A stretch of 58,236 nucleotides of DNA from an uncultured Candidatus Saccharibacteria bacterium (GTDB taxonomy: Bacteria > Patescibacteriota > WWE3 > UBA101185 > UBA10185). How positions within the stretch are numbered: position 1 is the stretch's first letter; every line of letters starts with the position of its first letter. The position numbers and the translations under genes were made by a program. The DNA is taken from positions 1-58,236 of the forward strand of contig CAYLVW010000002.1 of NCBI GenBank assembly GCA_964387275.1, in the 5' to 3' direction. Shown here in pieces: positions 46,626-55,700 of this stretch. The notes beneath the pieces are model-generated. The model had not been told where the DNA came from and ran no database searches. It saw only the letters and a program-made list of their open reading frames with translations.

Positions 46626-47735
46626 ATGATGTTTACCTGCCTTCAAGAAAATCTTGAAAAAGGTTTAAACACAGTCTACAAAGCGGTTCCCACAAAAAGC
46701 TCATTGCCGATTCTAAATAACATCCTAATAAAAACTGAGAATGGCCGATTAAAATTGTCTGCTACCAACATGGAAACAGCAATAACAACATTTGTTGGCG
46801 CTTCTATAGATAAAGAAGGGTCCATTACTATACCTGCAAAATTAATTAGGGAATTTGTTAGTAATTTGTCTCAAAACACTCTTAGCGGCAATCTTTTAAA
46901 TGAGGTGCTACATGTAACTTCAGATAAAACAAAAACAAAATTTGTCGGAACTGCTGTTGATGAATACCCAAATTTACCAGCTTTTAACGATAAAACTAAA
47001 CACATTACAGTAAACCCAAAGCAATTTTTAGAAGCAGTATCGAAAGTGTCCTATTCTGCAAGTACCGACGAATCACGACCGGTTTTTACAGGAGTATATG
47101 TAAATTATAGTGAGGGTGCACTTACTCTTGCAGCTTCAGACGGATTTAGGCTATCTGAAACCTCCCTAGAAGCGAAAGGGGATGTAGAAACTTTCACAAT
47201 AATTGTGCCCTCAAAAGTCTTACTAGAAGTAGCAAGAATTTTTGCAGACTCCACAGAAGATTTAAAAATAGGCCATAGTGAAAATGAAAACCTAACATTG
47301 TTTTTTGCAGATGACACTCTTGTTAGCACAAGAATTATTGATGGGCAGTATCCTGACTATAAGAGGATTGTTCCTAAAGATTCCACATTGTCCGCGGTGT
47401 TCCCTGCTATGGATCTTCTCGAAGCAGTAAAGCTCTCAAATATTTTCGCTAAAGAAGTTAATAATGTTGTGAAACTAAGAATAGATCCTGAAGGTTATAT
47501 AAATGTAGTCACAAATGCACAAGAAACTGGAGACCATTTAAGCCAAATCCAATCAGAGGTACTTGGGGAGTCAGTAGAAATAGCTTTTAATTCTAAGTAT
47601 CTTCTAGACTTTCTAAACAATAACAAGTCAGAGCGTATAGTGTTAAAGGCAAACGGATCTTTAGCTCCCTGTATATTCACACCTGAAGGGGAAATGACGT
47701 TTTATCATATCGTAATGCCAATGCAACTACAGTAG
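46626..47735 (+). CDS. dnaN: DNA polymerase III beta sliding clamp
   Basis: 369 aa. N-terminus F.C.QE.L..GL..V..AV....SLPIL.NILI and the three-domain length. Confidence 0.9.
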   Translation: MMFTCLQENLEKGLNTVYKAVPTKSSLPILNNILIKTENGRLKLSATNMETAITTFVGASIDKEGSITIPAKLIREFVSNLSQNTLSGNLLNEVLHVTSDKTKTKFVGTAVDEYPNLPAFNDKTKHITVNPKQFLEAVSKVSYSASTDESRPVFTGVYVNYSEGALTLAASDGFRLSETSLEAKGDVETFTIIVPSKVLLEVARIFADSTEDLKIGHSENENLTLFFADDTLVSTRIIDGQYPDYKRIVPKDSTLSAVFPAMDLLEAVKLSNIFAKEVNNVVKLRIDPEGYINVVTNAQETGDHLSQIQSEVLGESVEIAFNSKYLLDFLNNNKSERIVLKANGSLAPCIFTPEGEMTFYHIVMPMQLQ

Positions 47736-47789
47736 TAACTCTAATACAATCCCTGTCTAGGATAAACTCTCAAATAGAAAAAGAAAAAT

Positions 47790-50285
47790 CTACCTCAAAT
47801 CGCTAAGATCATTTAGTGGTTTACTGCCTGTAGGATCTCCTGCAGAACGATTTGACTCAGAACTAGTAGAGTTTGAACCGTTGCCACTAACCATCCTTTG
47901 ATTATTAGTATCATAAGAGTTGTTAGATACATTTGAACTACCCACACTCTGATTGGGATTATTCCCAGCAACAGGGTACTGTCTAGATATTTGAGGCTGC
48001 AAAGGAGATACCACATTATTCTGATAGTTTTGAACCTGACTTGCTACCGGATTAACTCTGGGGGCATCTACCACCACCCCAGAGCTTATAGTGGATGTAG
48101 TGCTAGACGGCAGCGAAGGTGGAGAAGACCTAACATGAGGGTTGTTATTTCCGCCAGGTACTATTGTAGATCCTGGGTAAGCACTAGGCGCTCTTTGAAC
48201 CGTAGAATTGTTTCTTTCACCAAACTTACGAAGCTCAGGTGGTATAGAATCTCCCACAGGAGTCGCGCTAGAACCAGGAGTTGCTACGCCACCAACTGTG
48301 TAGGGTTGATTGTTGTTGGGTTGAGTTATACTCTGGGAACTTTGTGTATGTACTTGAGGTGCCATTTCTGAATTTGTAGGCTGTTTTGTTACAAAATTCT
48401 GAGTAGGTGTTTTCTGTAAGGAAGCTCCTGCTTGATAGGATTGCTGGTTTTGAGACGCAGCTTGTTTAGCGGCTTTGATTATGCCTTCCTGCTGCATTTT
48501 AAGTATCTCAGCTGGGTTTGTTGTTACAAGCCTGTGTTCGGCATCTGAGGCAACAACTTTTATAGCTATGTGGTTTGCACCAGCAAAAAATAACCCCTCG
48601 CCTCTATCGGCTGCGAGCAAAAGTCTCTTCTCACCCTCAGACAAATAAAAAGTCTCAGCAACTTTTTCAATAGCTGCCGGGTGTTGTTTTAACAAAACCT
48701 GAATAGAAGAGTTTGTAACAATAGCTTTACCATACTCCGATGCTAAGAAGTCATCAACGTCTTGAGAAATAGTAGTTAAACCAAGGTAGTACTTTCTCGC
48801 TCGTTTAGCTACGCCATAAATAAATCTGGCGCTATCGTCATTTTGCATTAAATACCAAGCCTCCTCGACTATAAAAATCCTTTTCTTCAAATCTTTCTTG
48901 ATCTTGGTCCAAACAAAATCCAAAATAATATAGAAAGCAACGGGCCTAAGAACATCCTGTAAGTTCTTTGTAGAGAAAACTGTCATTTTACTATCCAACT
49001 TAATGGTAGACTGAGAGTCAAATATACCTGCCATTGAACCCTTAATATACTTCTCAAGTCTCTCTGCCATACTTCTAGCCTCACGTTCTTCAGCTCCAAG
49101 CAATACCTTGTATAAATCTTCCATGACAGGAGGCTCCATGGTTCTCTGAGTTTCAGGGTCTGGGGTAATGCCCTTTATTCTATAGGTCTCTATCAATGCC
49201 CTGTCTAATATAGCTTCCTCGGTAGCACTTAAGTCACCCAGCATTAGCTTAAAAAGTGTATGTAGTGATAATAACTTCTGACCAAGCTCATTCTCACCCT
49301 CAGTTGCTATTCCAGATAAATCAAAGGGGTTTATTTTTTGAGGAGAGTTTGCAGAAAAACTAATATAGTTTCCACCAACAGCCTCACATAAAGCCTTGTA
49401 TTCCTCCTCCACGTCTAAAATCAAAACCTCCGCACCAAACACCATAGACCTTAGAGCTTCTAATTTCACAAAGTAGGATTTACCAGAACCGGATTTAGCA
49501 AAAACCACAGTATTGGCATTCTCCATGGAAAAACGATCAAAAATAACTAAGGAACCGTTGTGTCTATTTATTCCATATAAAATACCATCGTCCATAGTAA
49601 GGTCCGAAGAGGTAAAAGGGAAAGTGGTTGCCAAACTTGTAGTATCCATATTCCTCGTAATCATCAGCTTATCTAGTGATGCAGGTATAGTGCTTTGAAA
49701 AGCATCCTCCATTTGTAATGAAGCTGTTTTAGATATCAATAGTAATGACCCTAGCGTTGATTCGAGTTTTGATGCAACTGTCTGCAATTCCTCTAAACTC
49801 TCAGCAGGAATTGTAATATAGAAAGAAAACTGGAAAAACTTCTCAACACCTTTCACAAGTTGCTCTTGCAAAGCCTTTGCGTCGTCTAAAGCTATGCTCA
49901 CAGAAGGATCACTCAGTCTACCCTTCTCTCTATTAGACATCATGGTGGCTTCCATCTCGGTAATTTTTTTTCTAAGATCGTCCATGACTCCTTTTGCTTT
50001 CACGGGATAGTAGAAAAACGAAATATCCAGGGAATGGTCAAAGTTTATTATTGGTGACAACCAGTTGGCACCTACAAATCTTGGATATCCTGAAACAAAA
50101 ATAGTTTTGTAGTAAGTGTTCCCAATTTTTATATGACTAAAATCCACCTCTATGGCAGATGGTGCAATAATATCTCTGACATTAAGCATTCCTTTGGCTA
50201 GGTTTTCCGCAGCTGTCAAATCTTGGGTTGGTTTAATGTCTTTGTCATTTTTCTTACTAAATAAGGGTAGTGTAGGAAATGCCAT
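47790..50285 (-). CDS. virB4: VirB4/TrbE/PrgJ-type secretion ATPase with ~230-aa Q/N/S/P-rich C-terminal tail
   Basis: Gram-positive-type VirB4 N-domain (IGNTYYKTIFVSGYPRFV), Walker A FAKSGSGKSYF and Walker B-like IFIVEEAWYL. The low-complexity tail begins around MQQEGIIKAAK. Confidence 0.8.
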   Translation of the reverse strand: MAFPTLPLFSKKNDKDIKPTQDLTAAENLAKGMLNVRDIIAPSAIEVDFSHIKIGNTYYKTIFVSGYPRFVGANWLSPIINFDHSLDISFFYYPVKAKGVMDDLRKKITEMEATMMSNREKGRLSDPSVSIALDDAKALQEQLVKGVEKFFQFSFYITIPAESLEELQTVASKLESTLGSLLLISKTASLQMEDAFQSTIPASLDKLMITRNMDTTSLATTFPFTSSDLTMDDGILYGINRHNGSLVIFDRFSMENANTVVFAKSGSGKSYFVKLEALRSMVFGAEVLILDVEEEYKALCEAVGGNYISFSANSPQKINPFDLSGIATEGENELGQKLLSLHTLFKLMLGDLSATEEAILDRALIETYRIKGITPDPETQRTMEPPVMEDLYKVLLGAEEREARSMAERLEKYIKGSMAGIFDSQSTIKLDSKMTVFSTKNLQDVLRPVAFYIILDFVWTKIKKDLKKRIFIVEEAWYLMQNDDSARFIYGVAKRARKYYLGLTTISQDVDDFLASEYGKAIVTNSSIQVLLKQHPAAIEKVAETFYLSEGEKRLLLAADRGEGLFFAGANHIAIKVVASDAEHRLVTTNPAEILKMQQEGIIKAAKQAASQNQQSYQAGASLQKTPTQNFVTKQPTNSEMAPQVHTQSSQSITQPNNNQPYTVGGVATPGSSATPVGDSIPPELRKFGERNNSTVQRAPSAYPGSTIVPGGNNNPHVRSSPPSLPSSTTSTISSGVVVDAPRVNPVASQVQNYQNNVVSPLQPQISRQYPVAGNNPNQSVGSSNVSNNSYDTNNQRMVSGNGSNSTSSESNRSAGDPTGSKPLNDLSDLR

Positions 50286-50990
50286 TTATAAGTCCTCCAA
50301 AACCGCAGGATTTACTATTGCGGTCTTGTAATCATCTATATTAGTTCTAATTCTCTGGCCATGAACACTGCTTGGGTTATATATATCAAAGTATAACTCA
50401 ACTAGTTCTTGGGTTGTCATCATCCTCGCCTTAACTCCTATCCTACCAAACTCACCTATTAAGTGTTCAACTTTTGGTACTAATTCCACCTCAGCGTCTT
50501 TTACAACCTTATTTACATCAACTTCAACTCTTTTATGCCCTACTCCAAAAAGTCTATTTATAAACTCGAACGGACTAGACCCCAACTCCTTGATAACAGA
50601 GCTTCCTGAAGGAATAACCACATAGAACTTCTTATCCAGTACTTCATTATTTTGAATTACATCTTGGATAAATTTTCTGTATGACTCAATCTGGTATTTC
50701 ATCAATGGGTCAGTTATTTTTGACTCCATTCGTTGTACTTTTTCAATATATTTGGTTATGTCTAACTTCTTTGATCTTAAAACAACTTGTATAGGAAAGG
50801 TTATGGAATTTAGCAACATTGAAAATGCTGCGATTATAGCATCCTGTTCCATTTCAGAAAGAAGATCAAAATTTACTGCAGTTGTCTGTAAAACACTACA
50901 AACGTTACCGTTTTTTAAAATCACAAAATTATTCTTTATATCCTGTATATCTAAATGGTTTTGAGTAGAATCTTTAATAATTTCTGACAT
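50286..50990 (-). CDS. Stand-alone paralogue of the VirB4 N-terminal domain (no ATPase motifs)
   Basis: The block order LDIQDI..LKNGNV..VNF..FPIQVVL...FYVVIP...TTQELVELYFDIYNP parallels LNVRDI..IKIGNT..PRF..LDISFFY...FYITIP...SLQMEDAFQSTIP in the 831-aa ORF. 0-nt gap to virB4. Confidence 0.5.
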   Translation of the reverse strand: MSEIIKDSTQNHLDIQDIKNNFVILKNGNVCSVLQTTAVNFDLLSEMEQDAIIAAFSMLLNSITFPIQVVLRSKKLDITKYIEKVQRMESKITDPLMKYQIESYRKFIQDVIQNNEVLDKKFYVVIPSGSSVIKELGSSPFEFINRLFGVGHKRVEVDVNKVVKDAEVELVPKVEHLIGEFGRIGVKARMMTTQELVELYFDIYNPSSVHGQRIRTNIDDYKTAIVNPAVLEDL

Positions 50991-50991
50991 A

Positions 50992-52758
50992 TTAAGCCTG
51001 CTTTCCCTGGAAAACTAAAGGAGCAACTATATCACCTTTAACTTCTACAGAAATTATATCAAAGGTTTGGCTAACTTTATTATATTGACCAACTTCCACC
51101 GAGTATAAACCATTCGGCAGAGGTGAGATCAGTGAAAATTGCCCCAGTGCATTTGTCTTTGTAGCGCGTCTTGCTTCACCTTTATTGTTTTTAACAATTA
51201 AAACTACCCCCTCTATAGCAACACCCTTAGAATCCAGAACAACTCCAGATAAAATGTTTGGTTTTGTCGGAGAAACAGGAAGGCTTGAGCTAGATACCTG
51301 AGATTTTACAGAAACGGGAGCAACAGATATAGTCTCCTTCTCCTTTAGCCTATCCTGTAAATCAACCAACTGCTTTTGTAAAGCTGAGTACTCTGTCTCA
51401 GTACGTGTCTTGGAATCCTCTAAGTCCCTGATAGTTCTTTGAATTTTCTGCTTTTCTTCTGCTTGATCCGGGTTTTTTGTGAACAACTGGGATCTTAACT
51501 TCTCTATTTCATCTTGAAGCTTCTTATTTTGTGTTTTTACTGTCTCTATTACAGCATTTGCTTCTATATCAAAATCCTCCTTAGCTTGAGGTTGCTGTGA
51601 AGCTCCCAACTCAATAGTTACACCCTTAGAACTTTCTTGTAGAGGTTTTGTGCTTGTAGCAAAAGCTGGAGGTGTTGAGGTGGAATCATTGGGAACTGTA
51701 CTTAGCTTTTTAGCTACTGTCTTATCAGAAGTTGTTATACCTTCTTCTTTTTTAATTTTATCTATTAGGGATTTTAATTGAGTTGTTTTATCAGAAATCT
51801 CTTTGTCTATATCTACCTCTTCAATAGTTTGAATAATTCGTTCCCCTCTAATAGGCAAAACAATTTCACCATGAGTAGCAAGTAAATTAGTGAATTTTCT
51901 ACCAGTGTGAGTATCGTGTGTAACGATATCATTGGAACCAATCTTACTACGATCTATTAATTTAAACTCTTTCTCTTCTATTTTCTTTTTTACGGGTTTT
52001 ATATCGTCAGTTGGCCGCCTGGTTTTTTTAATAGGAACAATGGTTGTATCGTATACTTTTTGAGTTTCTACAGGTATAGAGGGTGTTTGTTGTGTAGATG
52101 TCGGGGCAGTAGGTATAACCGGGGTAACAAGCTCTGTAGGTAAAGTGTCGGTGCTAGAAACATTTGCAGGTGCTATGGCAGGAGCATCGGGAATAAATTG
52201 AGGGGTAGTGTCTTCAACCGTTGCAACTGCAACAGGAGACGAATAAATAGGCATAGGTGCAGAGTATGCATCTTTTACCTTTCTAATAAAGTCATCTTCT
52301 CGTATGTCTAGCTTATCAATAGGACCCGACTCATGCTGGTGGTCTAAGTACTCTTCAAGCTTCCTCCTACTTGAAGTTGGTGCGAGAGTAATAAGCTCGC
52401 GCTTTAACACATCCATATTTTGGTAAAAAAACACTGATGGGACAACAGCTTCTTTTCTCCACACCTTTTGAGTTGGAGAATAGACAGCTCGAAAAAAAGC
52501 CACAACCCACTGATCCATGCCACGATCCTCAATAGGAACAAAGGCAAAAGCAAGACCAAGAATGGTAAAGAAAATCGCAAAAGGCCATTTAAAAAACCCA
52601 GCAACATAAGTAGCACTTACAAAAGCTAAACCCCCAAAAGCCATAACATAGGCAAACTGTCTCATCGTAAGCTCACCAATAATCTTAAACTCAACATCCA
52701 TGATGTTTTGAGGTACAGCGTGTTGTTTATTTACTGATTGAATATCGTTAATGGGCAT
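50992..52758 (-). CDS. PrgI/VirB3-like membrane hairpin fused to P/T-rich linker, coiled coil and carboxypeptidase-regulatory-like beta-sandwich
   Basis: N-terminus ..FKIIGELTMRQFAYV.. plus two adjacent TM helices. Coiled coil at about aa 395-470. C-terminus ILSGVVLDSKGVAIEGVVLIV..NALGQFSL..LPNGLYSVEV. Confidence 0.6.
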   Translation of the reverse strand: MPINDIQSVNKQHAVPQNIMDVEFKIIGELTMRQFAYVMAFGGLAFVSATYVAGFFKWPFAIFFTILGLAFAFVPIEDRGMDQWVVAFFRAVYSPTQKVWRKEAVVPSVFFYQNMDVLKRELITLAPTSSRRKLEEYLDHQHESGPIDKLDIREDDFIRKVKDAYSAPMPIYSSPVAVATVEDTTPQFIPDAPAIAPANVSSTDTLPTELVTPVIPTAPTSTQQTPSIPVETQKVYDTTIVPIKKTRRPTDDIKPVKKKIEEKEFKLIDRSKIGSNDIVTHDTHTGRKFTNLLATHGEIVLPIRGERIIQTIEEVDIDKEISDKTTQLKSLIDKIKKEEGITTSDKTVAKKLSTVPNDSTSTPPAFATSTKPLQESSKGVTIELGASQQPQAKEDFDIEANAVIETVKTQNKKLQDEIEKLRSQLFTKNPDQAEEKQKIQRTIRDLEDSKTRTETEYSALQKQLVDLQDRLKEKETISVAPVSVKSQVSSSSLPVSPTKPNILSGVVLDSKGVAIEGVVLIVKNNKGEARRATKTNALGQFSLISPLPNGLYSVEVGQYNKVSQTFDIISVEVKGDIVAPLVFQGKQA

Positions 52759-52790
52759 TTATGGTTATTATACCTTAATAACTCAAATCA

Positions 52791-55700
52791 TTAATTAGCA
52801 AAATTAATCTGAAATTTAGAATCTGCGCTTATAGTATCAGTTGTGGTTACAACATTGTCCTTGCTAATAATGTTAGTGCTTACGGTTCCAATAGTGATGC
52901 CAAACGGAGGACTAAAAGTAAACACTCTACTGTCATCAGACGTTCCAGGTTGTTTTTGCCAAACTAAGGAATAATTTTCTGTGCCTTTCTCTATAAAAGC
53001 TGACTTAGTTAGATCATAAGATATGGTAAAAATAACTCTTTGTGTTGGCTCAATCTTTAGTAAATAAGCGAAATATTTGTAATTTCCTTCTACTACCTCA
53101 ACTATATCTTCCAGTACATCGTCGTCAAATACATTATTAGTGTTTACCTTGGCCCCAGTGAGTTTAGTGTCGTTTGGAACATAAATTCTTACGTAGTTTG
53201 TATAAGGCCCACTAGGCCAAGAACTATCCGTGCCAGTATGTTCATAGGTTAGAGCTAATTCTCCCCGTAACACCCCATCTCTGGTTTGAGAAGTTACTTT
53301 GTAGTCCATGAAATTTTTAACGTAATAATTTGCTTTGGTACCGCCAACATTTGAATTAACAACATACAAATAGTCTTTATCATAAGCTCTCATCGACCCA
53401 TCCCAACCGTACTTGTTAAGTAACCCACCAACCCTGGTATTTGGTATATAAACTAAAACATCTTTTGACAAAAATAGGGATGAGATCTCATTAAATAACA
53501 ACGGCATATCTTTTTGCTCTAAAGAAAACACTCTTTCAAGTAATTTACTACCAAGGACAGTCAGAAACGACTTCTTTTGGTTAGAGCCATCTTTGTAATT
53601 AAACTCACTGTGAAACTGAGCCCTCTCATACATATTCGCGGCACTGATTTCCTCATTATAGGCAGTTAAAAATACAGGCCCAGTAACCTTAAGAAGACTC
53701 TCAGCAAATTTTAAATCTACACCAATAACACCATCAAAATTCTGACCGGTAGCAGCAAAAAATAATTTAAGTATTTTCTCAGAACTTTTCCTAAAATCTG
53801 GATCCCAGTTTGAATTTCGAATATAAGCTCTATCCTCTTTTAATATTTCAGCCAAGGTAGTGTCTGGCTCAAACTTGATGTCCTTTACATCCAGCTGACC
53901 GTCTGGATTATAAATATCGTCTATGTTTAGCTCTTTGATTTTACCTTTATCTAAAGTTAGAGTAGCATAAGATCCTATGAAACCTCCGGTAGGTCTTATC
54001 TCATTAGAGTTTTGAAAAAGCACTAAGTACTTCTTCGGAGAGTCAGTACCTAGAAGTTTTGGTACTTCGGAAGCTACCTGAAAAACATCTTCCAGATAAA
54101 AAGATAAGTCCTGTAATGACTGCTTATAAGTCTCAACATTATCTTTAAGATTATCGGGAAGATACGTGGAATCTATAGTACTGGATCTTGTTAACGCAAA
54201 CTGCAAGCTTTCTTTAGCAGAAATAAAACTACTCTCAACATTAGAAAATTCTTCCTCAGATAAGTAATTCGGGTTGTTAGGCTGTACGGCATCCCAAACC
54301 TGAGTATATGGATAAGCACCCTTGGAAAAACTATATGAAAATCTCGAAAAATACGTCAACGACGAGAACAAATCGCTAAGAGAGCTGTACATCTTTGCTT
54401 TACCTGAAATAGAAAACAACCAGTCTATTTTATTTAAGGACTTCTGCGCCTTAGAAAAATATGCATAAGCATCCCTTGCACTTTGCAACGAAGCCTCAGA
54501 ATCAAGTTTTGTGAGGGCCTCTCTAACCCTTGCCATTTCGGTAACAGCACGTCCCGCATTTATAAAAGTTTGGGCGACGGGTATAACTACAAACACAACA
54601 CCAACAAATAACAATGTTATAAATATTAGATACAATGGACCAAATAACTTCGGCAACTTCCGTAGGTTAGTAGAATTGTTACTAAGTGGGAGAACTTTTG
54701 GGGGAGATTGTACAGAAGAAGTCGTATTTAAACTTATGGTTTTTTTGGTAAACAAACCTCCTAATGAGCTTTTGATTAGTGGTTGTTTTGGCAACATGTT
54801 CGGCTTTTCCGGAATATTAGAATCCACTATATCTACTAGTGAGGATACAGCTCCAACAGAAGAAGGTGTTAGAGAAGATTTTTGGGCAAAATCTACAGCT
54901 TTTTGCTTTTTCAAATCATCAATTAGTTTGCCGGGTTTAAAAGAATTTTCATTTACATCATAACCACCCCATTTTAATGTCTTTATGACCCCTTCTCTAA
55001 AAGAAGTCTTCACATCCCAACCTAAATCTTCAAGGGAAGAAGTGTCTGGAATATTTGGAGCAGTAGAAAGCTCTCTATATGGAGGCTTAAAATTAACCTT
55101 TAGCTCTCTGTTAGCCAAACCCTTAATTAAGAAGGTAATTTCCAAAGGTGAATAAGAATCAACATCTACTAACGGATAAATTTTTGTCTCTGTGTTTGGA
55201 TTAAATAAGGCTTTTAAAATACCACTAACAGCATCTGTTATATAAAGGTAATACTGTTTCTCAGTACCATCTCCATAGATTGTAAGATCATGACCATCAG
55301 TCACATCTCTTAAAATCCTACCAAGCTCCCCCGTAGACTCGTAATCCATTCTGGGACCAAATACTTCCGGAACCCTTACAATACGTACATTGGTGTTATT
55401 TTTCTTGTAATACTCCCAGACTAAAGCCTCAGCAAATCTTTTCGCCTCTGTTTGAGAATACTGCTTTTCTTCAATAGCAGAATCTCCAAAATACTTTTTT
55501 AAATCTATTTGAGATATCATGCCTTGATAAACGTCTATGGTTGAGACAAGTAGAAATTTGGCTAAGGATCTATTTGCCAAATCCAGCAAATTTTTAGTAC
55601 CTAAAGCATTTGTTAGTAAGGAGTCTAAGTTTATATCAATCTTGCTATATAGATACTCCTCAAGCCCAGCTAAATGAATAATGTAGTCAACGCTCTCTAT

